Shown one piece after another: positions 37,020-46,131 of a stretch of 48,878 nt of DNA; position 1 is the first letter of the stretch, and every line of letters begins with the position of its first letter. The stretch is taken from the IMG/VR virus record IMGVR_UViG_3300037183_000039, positions 1 to 48,878 of that record. One strand, given 5' to 3'. The notes under the pieces were generated by a model, which was given only the letters and a program-made list of their open reading frames with translations, was not told where the DNA came from and did no database searches. The DNA comes from a virus. Taxonomy: Duplodnaviria; Caudoviricetes. The translations under genes and the position numbers were made by a program.

Positions 37020-37940
37020 ATGATCAAGCACGGAGAATGGACGACCCCGGCCGAAGCGATGCATGCCTGCGGCCTCAACTGGGGCGTCCGGCTCAGCGAA
37101 CTGACCCTGAAGGGAACGTCGACGGTGGCACCCGCTCACCGGGCCGTGGTCCGCGACGACAACGGCGAAGTCCTGGGGGTGGTCGGCCGTCAATGGTCGC
37201 CCGTCCAGCCCGCCCGGGCCTTTGACTTCCTCAACCGTCTCGCCCCCGACCTGGGCATGCGGTTTGTGAACGCGGGAGAGTTCCAGGGAGGGCGCAAGGT
37301 CTTCGTGCAGGCGAAGCTGCCGGAGGTCATGACCGTCCTGCCGGGCGACGACACGCTCGAGCACATCACCTTCACGACTGGGCTCGATGGCGGGCTGGCG
37401 ACCACGATCAACGAGACCGCGGTCCGGATCATCTGCCAGAACACGTTCAGGATGGCCCGGCTGGACGACAAGGGCGAGTTCCGGTTTGTCATCCGCCACA
37501 CGGGGAATCAGGAGCAGAAGCTCGAGGCGGTCCGTCGGCAGGTGCAGGCCGTCATCAATCGCTTCGCCGCGATCCGCGACGACATGAAGCGGTTCGTGCA
37601 GTTCAGCCCGAGCAAGGCGCAGGTCTCGAGCCTGCTGAGCCAGATCCTCCCCTACGAGGTCACGGAGCGCACCACGGCCGACTCGATGGTCGGGAACGCC
37701 GGGTCCCAGAACCGGGTGAGGGAGCTGATGGAGACCGGGAAGGGCACGGAGATCCCGGGAGTCAAGGGGTCCGCGTGGGGGCTCTTTAACGCGGTCACGG
37801 AGTTCGTCGACCACGAGCGCGTCACGACCGGGAAGACGGACGCCATCCGGGCCGAGAACCGGATGAGGTCCGCGACCCTGGGTTCCGGTGCGACCCTCAA
37901 GGACAAGGCTTATGCTGGCATCCTGGAGATGGTCAGCTAA
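37020..37940 (+). CDS. DUF932-family protein
   Basis: GLNW.V, AVVR.D...VLGVVG..W.PVQ...AFDF, AG...GGRKVF, DG.......VRIICQNT, IRHT, GSAWGLFNAVTEF.DH. Confidence 0.9.
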   Translation: MIKHGEWTTPAEAMHACGLNWGVRLSELTLKGTSTVAPAHRAVVRDDNGEVLGVVGRQWSPVQPARAFDFLNRLAPDLGMRFVNAGEFQGGRKVFVQAKLPEVMTVLPGDDTLEHITFTTGLDGGLATTINETAVRIICQNTFRMARLDDKGEFRFVIRHTGNQEQKLEAVRRQVQAVINRFAAIRDDMKRFVQFSPSKAQVSSLLSQILPYEVTERTTADSMVGNAGSQNRVRELMETGKGTEIPGVKGSAWGLFNAVTEFVDHERVTTGKTDAIRAENRMRSATLGSGATLKDKAYAGILEMVS

Positions 37941-38031
37941 GAGCGAACGGACGGCTGGGGGAGCCCCCGGGCCTGGACAGCCTGGGGCGCTCACCCAGTC
38001 ACCCGTTGTGGGTTGACGAAGGAGGAGACGA

Positions 38032-38226
38032 GTGATCAACAGGAAAGAGGCGGCACGGCTGAAGGCCAGCTTTATCAATCTGGTGTCGGCCCATGCGCGG
38101 GACTTCGTGGTTTTCGCCCAAGGTGAAGGGTCGAACCTGTACGAGGCAAAGGTGGTGATGGCGTCGGCTCTGCGGGAAATCGCCGCTACCCTGGACGCCG
38201 AAGCCGAAGCGGAAGTGTCCCGGTGA
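38032..38226 (+). CDS. hypothetical protein
   Basis: GACGAAGGAGG + GTG. Confidence 0.6.
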   Translation: MINRKEAARLKASFINLVSAHARDFVVFAQGEGSNLYEAKVVMASALREIAATLDAEAEAEVSR

Positions 38227-38438
38227 ACGAAGGACGCCGCATCAAGGGAGTGATCCTGACCCCTGGCTTTAAGCAGGTGGTCGAGGCTTCCACAATCGGC
38301 CTGCCGCCGGGCTGCTGGCCCGCCATGCTGATCGTGGGGGAGACGCCGCTTGCCCTGGTGGCTGCCGTGGACGACGGGTCGCCGCACCGTTACGTCAACC
38401 TGTGGGATGCTTGCGAACTCATCGTCGTCAACGACTGA
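38223..38438 (+). CDS. hypothetical protein
   Basis: GTGA-coupled; EAS.IGLPPG.WP motif. Confidence 0.6.
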   Translation: MNEGRRIKGVILTPGFKQVVEASTIGLPPGCWPAMLIVGETPLALVAAVDDGSPHRYVNLWDACELIVVND

Positions 38439-38442
38439 GGAC

Positions 38443-38471
38443 TTGACAGAGAACCGTTTGTGTGCTTTAAT
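38443..38471 (+). promoter_or_regulatory. near-consensus sigma-70 promoter
   Basis: TTGACA-N17-TTTAAT with TGn. Confidence 0.8.
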
Positions 38472-38537
38472 GGTCTGGACCGAATACGGCACCCGTAGTG
38501 ACCGCGTTCAGTCCAGCAGGAACGAAGGAGGATCACA

Positions 38538-39182
38538 ATGAAGACCCACATCAGCAAGCACGTGCTGTCGGCCCTGAAGGAAGTCAAGGCCAACGGTGGG
38601 ACAAACCTGGATGAGGACAGCAAGATTTCCCTGCGTACGCTGGACTTCGCGTTGGACACGGACGACAACGCGGCGCCCATGAAACTCACGGAGTCCGGTG
38701 AACTCGCGATCACGAATGCCGTGACGCATAAGGAGGATAGTGACATGGCGACCAAGAAGGGCAAGAAGTCCAAGCCCGTGTCGAAGGCCAGCATCGGCCA
38801 CCGCGACGGAGTCATGACGAAGAAGTACAAGCACTTCGTCGCCGGGTCGCTCCGGGCGAAGAGCGGCAGCTCCAAGCTCCAGTGCGAGATCAAATGCCTC
38901 GCCGGAGCGCCGGGCCTCGTCAAGAAGAGCCCGGGCTGCACGGGTGAGCGGACGGTCTTCTCGTCCGACGTCTTCCAGGTCAAGGTCTGCGAGGCCTGCC
39001 GCGATTTCCGGGAGCCCAAGGTCAAGGCGGCGCCCAAAAAGAAGTCCGAGAGGGCCCGGGTGACCATCAACAAGGCGACGGCGGCGAAGCGGAAGGCGAA
39101 GTCCCCCGTCCGCACCCTGTCGGCCGACTCCCAGGAGTCCGAAGCCCCCGTCGAGAAGACGTCGGAGGCGGCGGCCGAATAA
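38538..39182 (+). CDS. Lys-rich, Cys-containing putative DNA-binding protein (second in-frame start at 38745)
   Basis: two AAGGAGG SDs; basic tracts; C..C...C...CEAC. Confidence 0.7.
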   Translation: MKTHISKHVLSALKEVKANGGTNLDEDSKISLRTLDFALDTDDNAAPMKLTESGELAITNAVTHKEDSDMATKKGKKSKPVSKASIGHRDGVMTKKYKHFVAGSLRAKSGSSKLQCEIKCLAGAPGLVKKSPGCTGERTVFSSDVFQVKVCEACRDFREPKVKAAPKKKSERARVTINKATAAKRKAKSPVRTLSADSQESEAPVEKTSEAAAE

Positions 39183-39307
39183 CAGCCCTTAAACCCCCTC
39201 TCCCGGTGGCCCCGGGCCGGACTCACCGTCTGGTACCGGGGCCCCTTTCGGGAGCTGGTGAGCCAGCTTCCAAGAGGTTAGGAATGAGGGTTTAAGGAGG
39301 CGAGAGA

Positions 39308-39844
39308 GTGGACTTTCACAAGGCTTTGGCGCAGCTCGACCAGTTCGTACGTGGGGTCTGCAGAGCATCAAGCAAGTGTCCCGGCACTCAGGACGACCTG
39401 TACCAGGAGGCGATGATCTGCCTCATCGACCTCACCCAGCGCTACGCGGATAAGCCCGTGGACGAGTTCATGCTCCTGGCCCGGACTTCCATCAGGAACC
39501 GCCTGACCTCGATGGCCCGCAAGCGTCAGGTCTACTCCAGGACCCTGGACAGGATCGAGCCCCAGGAGTCGGTGGAGCCCCAGCAGTTCCAGGAGGCCCT
39601 GGCCCGGGAGGTCTTCTCCTACGTGGAGGCCCGGCTCACCGATCGGGAGCGGACGGTCCTGGCCCTGACCAAGAAGGGAATCCCACCCCACCACATCGCC
39701 AAGATCACGGGTCGTGGCAAGGTCGGCGTCTTCAAGTCCTTGCGCATCATCAGGGAGGAGATTGCCACCTACCACGGCCGGAGTGAGGACCTGGACACCT
39801 GGATCAGCCGCCAACTGGCCACGATCCGGGCCCTGTTCTACTGA
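39308..39844 (+). CDS. RNA polymerase sigma factor (ECF/SigH-like)
   Basis: region 2 QDDLYQEAMI.L...Y...F...AR..IRN; region 4 LTDRERTVL...G.....IA...G. Confidence 0.85.
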   Translation: MDFHKALAQLDQFVRGVCRASSKCPGTQDDLYQEAMICLIDLTQRYADKPVDEFMLLARTSIRNRLTSMARKRQVYSRTLDRIEPQESVEPQQFQEALAREVFSYVEARLTDRERTVLALTKKGIPPHHIAKITGRGKVGVFKSLRIIREEIATYHGRSEDLDTWISRQLATIRALFY

Positions 39845-40101
39845 TGGGCATGAGCAAGGGCGGTCCCGGGTGCGAAAAGTGCGCTTGCCAGGACCCGGAC
39901 GTCATGGTAACACAGAGACGGTGCAACCATTCGGCCTTTAACGGCTACCATTGGACGGCGTCCGACTATTCAACCGTCCGGTGTTTATGGTGTGAAACCA
40001 CCTGGAGAACGAAAGCCAAGTATGTAACTGTAAAACCAGACGCACCGCAAACCTGGAGAAGCCAAACCATAGAGGAAACACGTGCCCTACTCAAACAATG
40101 A
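39844..40101 (+). CDS. small Cys-rich hypothetical protein
   Basis: NHSAFNG...T.SDYS.VRC..C...WRTKAKYV. Confidence 0.7.
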   Translation: MGMSKGGPGCEKCACQDPDVMVTQRRCNHSAFNGYHWTASDYSTVRCLWCETTWRTKAKYVTVKPDAPQTWRSQTIEETRALLKQ

Positions 40102-40384
40102 AGAACGTCGGGAGAAGAACCGCGTCTTCAACATAGCCTACCGTCGGCGCTTGCAGGCGAGGCGTCTAGCACTCATCGACCGCCTGGGCGGCAAATGTTT
40201 TGACTGTCACGCGACCGTGGGACTCGAGGTCGACCACGTGGTAGTGGACAAGCCGAGCCGCATGAGGGAGAAGTCCCACGTCGCCCGAATCCTGGAGTAC
40301 GAGGCCCAAGAGAAGAAGGGCAACGCCATGGTTCGGTGCAAGGTCTGTAACGGTAGCAAGCAGGACAGGTTCGGCCACTACTAG
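40082..40384 (+). CDS. HNH endonuclease-like protein
   Basis: LGGKCFDC....LEVDH...C..CN..K. Confidence 0.75.
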   Translation: MPYSNNEERREKNRVFNIAYRRRLQARRLALIDRLGGKCFDCHATVGLEVDHVVVDKPSRMREKSHVARILEYEAQEKKGNAMVRCKVCNGSKQDRFGHY

Positions 40385-40647
40385 GGCCTGAGGTTCGGCC
40401 CAGTAGATGGGTCGTCAGGGTGAAAGGCCGCCAGATCACCGTGAACCGTACAGATGGCTATGATGTCTTTGGATGAACAGCGACCCGCGGCCCTTCCGGT
40501 TAAAAGAGTCAACGTGGTCGGACTCTGTGGCAACTCCTGGGAACCATCCATCAGAAACGTCTGGCGGGCGCCGCAACGGTGACAGTGGGCTACACGTACT
40601 TCATTCAGACCGTCGTTTACCATTAAAAGAGTCTCCTTCTGTGCCAA
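40381..40647 (-). CDS. hypothetical protein
   Basis: last ORF of the replication run; CHRCG. Confidence 0.5.
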   Translation of the reverse strand: MAQKETLLMVNDGLNEVRVAHCHRCGARQTFLMDGSQELPQSPTTLTLLTGRAAGRCSSKDIIAICTVHGDLAAFHPDDPSTGPNLRP

Positions 40648-41531
40648 AGAAGCTTGAGGATCTCCGTATCAGAAAGGGCTTTCGGGTCCGGACCGTTCCG
40701 TACCTGGGCGTCGTAGACCTGGGAGACCCCTCTCCCACGCAAGTCCCGTGCCACACGTTCCGTGGCCCGCCGTCCGGCCGGGTCGGAATCGTAGAAGAGG
40801 GTCACGGAACGGGGTCGCTTGCGCAGGAGGCTCCCCAGGGCCCATCCGCCCAAGCTCGTGCCCAGGGAGGCGGCAACGCGGCCCGCCGTAATAGTACGGG
40901 AGACGACCCGCCAATCCCACACCCCCTCCACGAGGACCACGTCCTGGTTCTGTGCCAGTCCGTCGATACCGTAGGCGACCTTCTCCTTCGGCCACCAACC
41001 TTGCTTCTCCGGGCCGGACTTCTCCTTCGGCTCGACCAGACCGTTGGCCGACCGGGCGAGGTACTGGACGAGCACCCCGTCCAGGTAGACGGGCACAATC
41101 AGCCGGTAGGAGAGCCAAGTCTCGTCGGAGTAGCCCCAACCGAGCTTCACCAGCTCCGGCAGGTCGATCTTGGCTTTCATCCAGCACATGCGGATGATGT
41201 CGTCGATGATCACGCCGGAGCCGCCGTCGTTCAGGCCGAAAGGCACGAAGCCCGGTATGAAAACGGGCGTTTCTACCTCAGGTAGGACCTCCTCCCGGAC
41301 CGTCGTGACCGAGATCGACAGGTCAATGTGGAGTTCCTCGAGGAGGTCCCGGACGAACCCGCCGGAGTGACACCGGAAGCAGTGGTAGTGACCCCGGCGG
41401 AGGTTGACACCGAATTTCTTCTTGCCGTCCTGCTTACAGCCGGGCCGCGGGCACTCGTAGTTGTACTCGTACTTGCCCTGACGTTCCGGCAGGCCGAGCT
41501 TCCGGGCCAGGGCGGAGGCGATGTGGTTCAC
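40623..41531 (-). CDS. DNA primase (zinc finger + TOPRIM)
   Basis: CP..GC...HCFRC, RLIVPV, VLVEGVWD, LGTSLG, FYDSDPAG, DPK. Confidence 0.9.
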   Translation of the reverse strand: MNHIASALARKLGLPERQGKYEYNYECPRPGCKQDGKKKFGVNLRRGHYHCFRCHSGGFVRDLLEELHIDLSISVTTVREEVLPEVETPVFIPGFVPFGLNDGGSGVIIDDIIRMCWMKAKIDLPELVKLGWGYSDETWLSYRLIVPVYLDGVLVQYLARSANGLVEPKEKSGPEKQGWWPKEKVAYGIDGLAQNQDVVLVEGVWDWRVVSRTITAGRVAASLGTSLGGWALGSLLRKRPRSVTLFYDSDPAGRRATERVARDLRGRGVSQVYDAQVRNGPDPKALSDTEILKLLWHRRRLF

Positions 41532-41938
41532 TCGGCGCCGACGGCTTTGAGGGCTGCAAGGCAAATGGACATACAGGTGGTAACAGTCAGTTCGTCGGGC
41601 CACCGTTCCGTCCCACACCGTTCATCGGTACGGACGACGATATCGTCCTCCTGGTCAATGGATTTGCACCGCCCAATCCTGAACTCGTACGGACCGTCAT
41701 GTTCGAAGAATTCAAGCCTGATGACCGGCTTGTAAACGCCCTTGTCCCTCATGAAGGTCAACCTCTTCACCACTTCCCAAGCCGCTGAGATGTCACTTGA
41801 ATACGACGGCGTGGACTTCCAGTTGCCATTGTGGTCCAGACCGGCGGACAGGTGGGACCCAGGCTGGAAAGACCACCCCATCACCTTCTCGGCGACCAGG
41901 GCGTCGAGCTTCATCCCAGGCTCATGCTCTGTCGTCAT
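41528..41938 (-). CDS. phage ABA-sandwich-domain protein
   Basis: LDALVAEKVMGW, PSYSSDISAAWEVV, ICLAALKA. Confidence 0.8.
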   Translation of the reverse strand: MTTEHEPGMKLDALVAEKVMGWSFQPGSHLSAGLDHNGNWKSTPSYSSDISAAWEVVKRLTFMRDKGVYKPVIRLEFFEHDGPYEFRIGRCKSIDQEDDIVVRTDERCGTERWPDELTVTTCMSICLAALKAVGAE

Positions 41939-42138
41939 CCGCTGTTCCCGTAGTAAACCCACTTCTGGATGGTTTGCATGATGAACCGGCAGATGTGACT
42001 CTGGGAGCGCGATTCGTTGCAGGCTTTAATGGCGTCCTTACGGGCTTCCTCGGTCTTCTCCTTGGTCAGCCCCAAGTCCATGGAACCTATCAGGCTTAGG
42101 CATTCTTCTTCGCAGTTGTCCGGCACCATGAAGCTCAC
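41935..42138 (-). CDS. hypothetical protein
   Basis: coupled at both ends. Confidence 0.5.
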   Translation of the reverse strand: MSFMVPDNCEEECLSLIGSMDLGLTKEKTEEARKDAIKACNESRSQSHICRFIMQTIQKWVYYGNSG

Positions 42139-42308
42139 CGGTTCACCCGGTCTACGATCTTGGTGGCCATCTGGACGCAGGACTCGATATAAACGTCGGC
42201 ATTCGGGTGGCCGTTGGCAATCGCCGGTCCCAGGTGACCGGCCAGCAGGCCGGACAGTAGGACGATGGCCGCCGCCTCGATGCGGGCCTTTCTCTCCTGG
42301 TCTGTCAT
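42135..42308 (-). CDS. hypothetical protein
   Basis: ATGA-coupled; R.EAA...LSGLLA motif. Confidence 0.55.
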   Translation of the reverse strand: MTDQERKARIEAAAIVLLSGLLAGHLGPAIANGHPNADVYIESCVQMATKIVDRVNR

Positions 42309-42577
42309 TTTGCCCTCTGCCAGATCTCGAGTAGCTTCTGCTCCTGCCGGTCGGAGAGCGGGAACCCGTCCTTCACACGATTGGAGATCGACTCGAGGAA
42401 CTCCGTCTCCCATTCGTTCAGCGAGAAGGTGTCGTCCGCGACGGCGCGGTTGATGTCAGCGATCATCTCTTTCAGGTCGTTCAAGCGAACCTCCAGCATC
42501 GACGAGACAAACAACCCCAGGACGAAACCGAAGCAGAAGAGCAGGACACCCAGGAGACCGTCCAGGAGTTCAAGCAC
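42305..42577 (-). CDS. hypothetical protein
   Basis: LNEWETEFLESI......LSDRQ...L.EIW motif; hydrophobic N-terminus. Confidence 0.6.
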   Translation of the reverse strand: MLELLDGLLGVLLFCFGFVLGLFVSSMLEVRLNDLKEMIADINRAVADDTFSLNEWETEFLESISNRVKDGFPLSDRQEQKLLEIWQRAK

Positions 42578-42868
42578 CGGCCGCGGGCCTCAGTCGCTCA
42601 ATGTACGGCGCCATCTTCTCAGGACGCCGGAACCGGCGGATGTACTCGGCCGCCGCGTCCGTGAGCGTGGGACCGTTAGGGCCGAAACCACACAGTTTGA
42701 GAGCTGCCGCCGCTCGTCTGGGCCACTTCCTGGTTGATGCTCTCAAAATTTCCTGTCTTTCTTAATATCACTTAGAATTGAAAGTCCAATACAGAAAGCG
42801 ACGAAGGCCGCCCCTAATGCGAAAATGACTACACTGAGCTCCAATGCCCACGTAAACGCAGCTTCCAT

Positions 42869-44134
42869 TTAAACCTCATCAGAAAGGGCCGTGATCCGGC
42901 TCGTCTCCCAATCCACCGAGCAGTCGACGCCGAATTCCGATTCCCCAATCCGGGAACCCATGACGTACAGCGACAGTTCGGCGCGGCGGGCCGGGTCGTG
43001 ATTGACCGACACCGCCAGCTCGACGATGCCCGTGATCTCGAAACACTCCGACATGTGGTCCATATAGAGGACCTTGGCATTCACTCCGGGCCGGTTCGCT
43101 TGGTGGGCCGTCCAGATCGGGACGCCGCACTCGCCGGAGATCCGGCCGAGTTGTTCATAAATGTCCATAAGCTGGAGGCGCTTCTCGTCCTTCGGGTTGG
43201 TAGGACGCATGAGGGCGGCGTAGTCCAGGATGACGACGTCCACCTTACCGGCTCCCTCGATGCAGGTCTCCAACATGGGAGGAGTCAGGGTCTTCTTCGG
43301 GAACCATTTGATCTGGAGCTTGGACTTGAGCTTGGCCTGGAGTTCACCCATGACGCGGGTGAACCGGTTCGGGACCTTGGCGAGGACCTTCTGTCCACGG
43401 CCGTAGAACCGGGCGTCGTACATCTGGGCGACTTCGTCGAGCCGGTTCTCTAGAGAAACGTGGAGGACGGAACGTCCGGTAAGGACGGCGTGAGCCGCAA
43501 CGGTCCGGAGAGCCGTCGACTTGCCGTGCTTGGGGAGTCCCATGAAGCAACCAACTTGCCCCGCCCCGAGCCCGCCCCCACAAGCCTGATCGAGAGGGCC
43601 CAGCCCTGTTGGAATCTTGAGAGTTCCGTCCGATCCATCGAGACCTGCATATCGACGAGCACGTGCCCCGGCTCCAGCGAAGAAGTCGTAATAGATCGAA
43701 GATCCAGTTGAACCGACTTTTTGGGCACGGTCGATGATCGGCCGGACCTTGTCGAGTTCGCCCGCTTCCGCCGCCGCGTGGGCTTCGGAGACGGCCTGGA
43801 GGAGCGCGGCGCGTTTACCAAACTCTACCGCCCTTTCCTTATAATGTTCCGTGTTCGTACCACGAAGCTTATAGACGGTCCGAGCTTCCTTCTCGTACTC
43901 AGCGAACTGGCGACCGTCGGCGACAACTGCTTTGAGTTCCTCCAGACAGACCGGAAGATCGATAGACCCGGCGGGGAGACCGGAATCTTGAAACACCGCG
44001 AGAATGGTTCCCAGGATCTCGTCGGTGAAGAACTCGGGCCGGAGGACGTCCGCGTTCGCCCTCGCCCACTTCTGGTCTTCCCAGGCGGCGGCGAGGATAC
44101 GACGTTGGAACGGGATCTCGAATTCGTAGGACAC
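42869..44134 (-). CDS. dnaB: replicative DNA helicase, DnaB/SF4
   Basis: IPTG...LD...GG, GLPKHGKST, VSLE, ILDYA, IWTAHQANR. Confidence 0.9.
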   Translation of the reverse strand: MSYEFEIPFQRRILAAAWEDQKWARANADVLRPEFFTDEILGTILAVFQDSGLPAGSIDLPVCLEELKAVVADGRQFAEYEKEARTVYKLRGTNTEHYKERAVEFGKRAALLQAVSEAHAAAEAGELDKVRPIIDRAQKVGSTGSSIYYDFFAGAGARARRYAGLDGSDGTLKIPTGLGPLDQACGGGLGAGQVGCFMGLPKHGKSTALRTVAAHAVLTGRSVLHVSLENRLDEVAQMYDARFYGRGQKVLAKVPNRFTRVMGELQAKLKSKLQIKWFPKKTLTPPMLETCIEGAGKVDVVILDYAALMRPTNPKDEKRLQLMDIYEQLGRISGECGVPIWTAHQANRPGVNAKVLYMDHMSECFEITGIVELAVSVNHDPARRAELSLYVMGSRIGESEFGVDCSVDWETSRITALSDEV

Positions 44135-44140
44135 TTTTTC

Positions 44141-44581
44141 TTAGTCCTGGTCACGGAGCAACAGTTTAAGGTGAAGAATCAACTCCGGAAGTGACTCGGA
44201 CATTTTACGACGATCGATCATGACATGCGCTGGAGCCAGGAACCGAGCCCAAGCGGCGTACGGTTCACCTTTGAAGAAGACGCCAACCATAGACCGACCA
44301 AGTGACCTCCTGATAGCCATTTCGGACCCCAGGCCAGTAGACGGATCGGTAGCCACACATACCATGAGTTTGCAGTTAGCCACGCAGAGCTGGTTGGCTG
44401 AACAGACGAGGTCGAACTCGGTGTCCGGCTTCGCCCACTCCGCCGGGTCGTCAACCGAGATGCCGACACTACGGAGCCCCAGCAGGAGGCGGTTGGTGAG
44501 TTCCACTGTCGCACGGCTGGCCTTGAACATCGGGTGGGCGAGGTATACTTCCGAGAAGGTCCGCTCCGATAGCCCGGTCAT
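44141..44581 (-). CDS. nucleoside 2-deoxyribosyltransferase / DNPH1-like N-glycosidase
   Basis: VYLAHPMF, V.DP, PSTGLGSEMAI...GR; ATG behind GGAG. Confidence 0.65.
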   Translation of the reverse strand: MTGLSERTFSEVYLAHPMFKASRATVELTNRLLLGLRSVGISVDDPAEWAKPDTEFDLVCSANQLCVANCKLMVCVATDPSTGLGSEMAIRRSLGRSMVGVFFKGEPYAAWARFLAPAHVMIDRRKMSESLPELILHLKLLLRDQD

Positions 44582-45101
44582 CGTTACTCCGGAATCCTTC
44601 GATTTGCCTTTTGAAGTTGAGCGCACGTTTTTCATAAACGATCTCCGCGAATTCCTTCCCTGTCATCCCCGCCACGACTGCCGCCGTAACAACGAAGTGG
44701 AATAGGTCGACAATTTCCACCCTAGTGTTCTGGATGTCTGTCTTGGTACCGGGCTTCCACCACTTCCAGGCCAGGGACTCCTTGAACTCACGGAGTTCGT
44801 CCTCCATGGCCTTGCCAAAACGGTGAAGCCACACCGTGGGCAGGTCGTTGGGGCCGATCTTCCCTTGCCTAGCCATCTCGCCCACCTGCTGGAGGTTAGG
44901 AGAGATCTCGTTCTTCTTGAATATGAAATCCGACAGCGACAGGATGTCGTCGAACATCTTGCCAAAACCCTCTGACACGATCATGGGAGGGTGCTGCTGG
45001 ACCTTCGCTGACGGTTCCTTGCCCTGGAGAAGCAAGAACATGTTCTCCTCAGGGAACGGGTCCAGTACCCCGGCGTCGATGGGCGGTTCTTCGTCCTTCA
45101 C
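44469..45101 (-). CDS. dimeric dUTPase-family (all-alpha) dNTP pyrophosphatase
   Basis: E.E..E...WKWWK, EIVDLFHF, Y.K...N..RQ..G. Confidence 0.85.
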   Translation of the reverse strand: MKDEEPPIDAGVLDPFPEENMFLLLQGKEPSAKVQQHPPMIVSEGFGKMFDDILSLSDFIFKKNEISPNLQQVGEMARQGKIGPNDLPTVWLHRFGKAMEDELREFKESLAWKWWKPGTKTDIQNTRVEIVDLFHFVVTAAVVAGMTGKEFAEIVYEKRALNFKRQIEGFRSNDDRAIGADLLGSIPRPPDVQGQPCDSGTHQPPPAGAP

Positions 45102-45556
45102 CGAGCCACCCTCTTCTCGATGCGGATCACTTCCGGCTCTTCGATCGGTGCGGGTCCGGTGTCGAACTGGGACAGGAGTTCGTTGATCACACGCTGGCCA
45201 TCCGACCGCTTGATGGCTTCGAACGGATCACCAGCCCGGCCGACGACTGGCGGCGGCATGGTACGGACGGCGACGGTGTACGGCTGTTCCCACATCTTGC
45301 GACGATCAACATAATACCGGAACCGTTCCATTCCCTCGTACCGCACCCGCTCTTCGTAAGCCTGGGAATAGTTGCGGTCCGGACCACGTCGAGACCTATA
45401 CTCTCTGTCGTAGATCACACAGGCTGTGTCCATGTCGACGCCGTGTTCCATCATGATAGATTTCACAATGAATTTAACTTCCTCGGCCTCTTGACGCGAG
45501 TAGACGACCGGGCAAGGACAGCATGGACAGTTATCAGGGTGGCCACAAATCTTCAT
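45098..45556 (-). CDS. hypothetical protein, Cys-rich N-terminus
   Basis: coupled to both neighbours; CGH..NCPCCPC. Confidence 0.6.
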   Translation of the reverse strand: MKICGHPDNCPCCPCPVVYSRQEAEEVKFIVKSIMMEHGVDMDTACVIYDREYRSRRGPDRNYSQAYEERVRYEGMERFRYYVDRRKMWEQPYTVAVRTMPPPVVGRAGDPFEAIKRSDGQRVINELLSQFDTGPAPIEEPEVIRIEKRVAR

Positions 45557-46131
45557 TTCTGAATCCCGTTTACGATTTCCAAGTGGACGTCGGCGACCGT
45601 GGGCAGCCACCGGAGCAGGGGCTCGAGCGTGGAGGCTTCGTCCTGGAAGCGCTTCTCGGCCACCAGAGCGTCCCACTTATCGGACCGGGCCTTGACCCTG
45701 GCCCGCCGGACTTCCAGGTCGGCCTTCACCACCACGATGGCGACCCGGTAGCCATACTGTTGGGCCTTGCCGGTCAGCCACATGAACTGGGCCCGGGACC
45801 TGGGGAATCCATCAATGACGACGGACTTGAGCCTGGACCCGGCCTTGATGGCCTGCAGGATATGGGCCCGGACGAGGTCCTCCGTCGACTCCGGCGCCAG
45901 CTTCCCAAGGTCCGGGAGATCGTGGCCGGACATCGTCGCTCGGACGAACTTACCCGGAAACACTACCGAGTAAGGAGCGATACGGGCCATGTTGTCGATC
46001 AGAGTTGTCTTGCCCGAGCCCGTACCGCCCGTAACTCCTATGAGGAACCCCTCCCTGGGCAGGACCCCGGCGATGGCACGAGCCCAGTAGTCGGATTCGA
46101 CCGTGACCGGATCGATGTCTGTCGGTTTCAT
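45553..46131 (-). CDS. adenylate-kinase-like (d)NMP kinase
   Basis: P-loop GGTGSGKTT, DGFPRS..Q, R.R...R.D lid; ATGA-coupled to purZ. Confidence 0.85.
   Translation of the reverse strand: MKPTDIDPVTVESDYWARAIAGVLPREGFLIGVTGGTGSGKTTLIDNMARIAPYSVVFPGKFVRATMSGHDLPDLGKLAPESTEDLVRAHILQAIKAGSRLKSVVIDGFPRSRAQFMWLTGKAQQYGYRVAIVVVKADLEVRRARVKARSDKWDALVAEKRFQDEASTLEPLLRWLPTVADVHLEIVNGIQK

Noticed and set aside
36900-38492. 530-aa minus-strand ORF and other long antisense ORFs (e.g. 25047-26123, 9157-10200, 47439-48407)
   Set aside because: Shadow frames of GC-rich genes with clear motifs and SDs on the opposite strand.
42762-42789. Possible minus-strand promoter TTGGAC-N16-TATTAA and a ~57-aa ORF below it
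   Set aside because: Plausible AT-rich gap, but weak -35 and spacing; not enough support to list as a feature.
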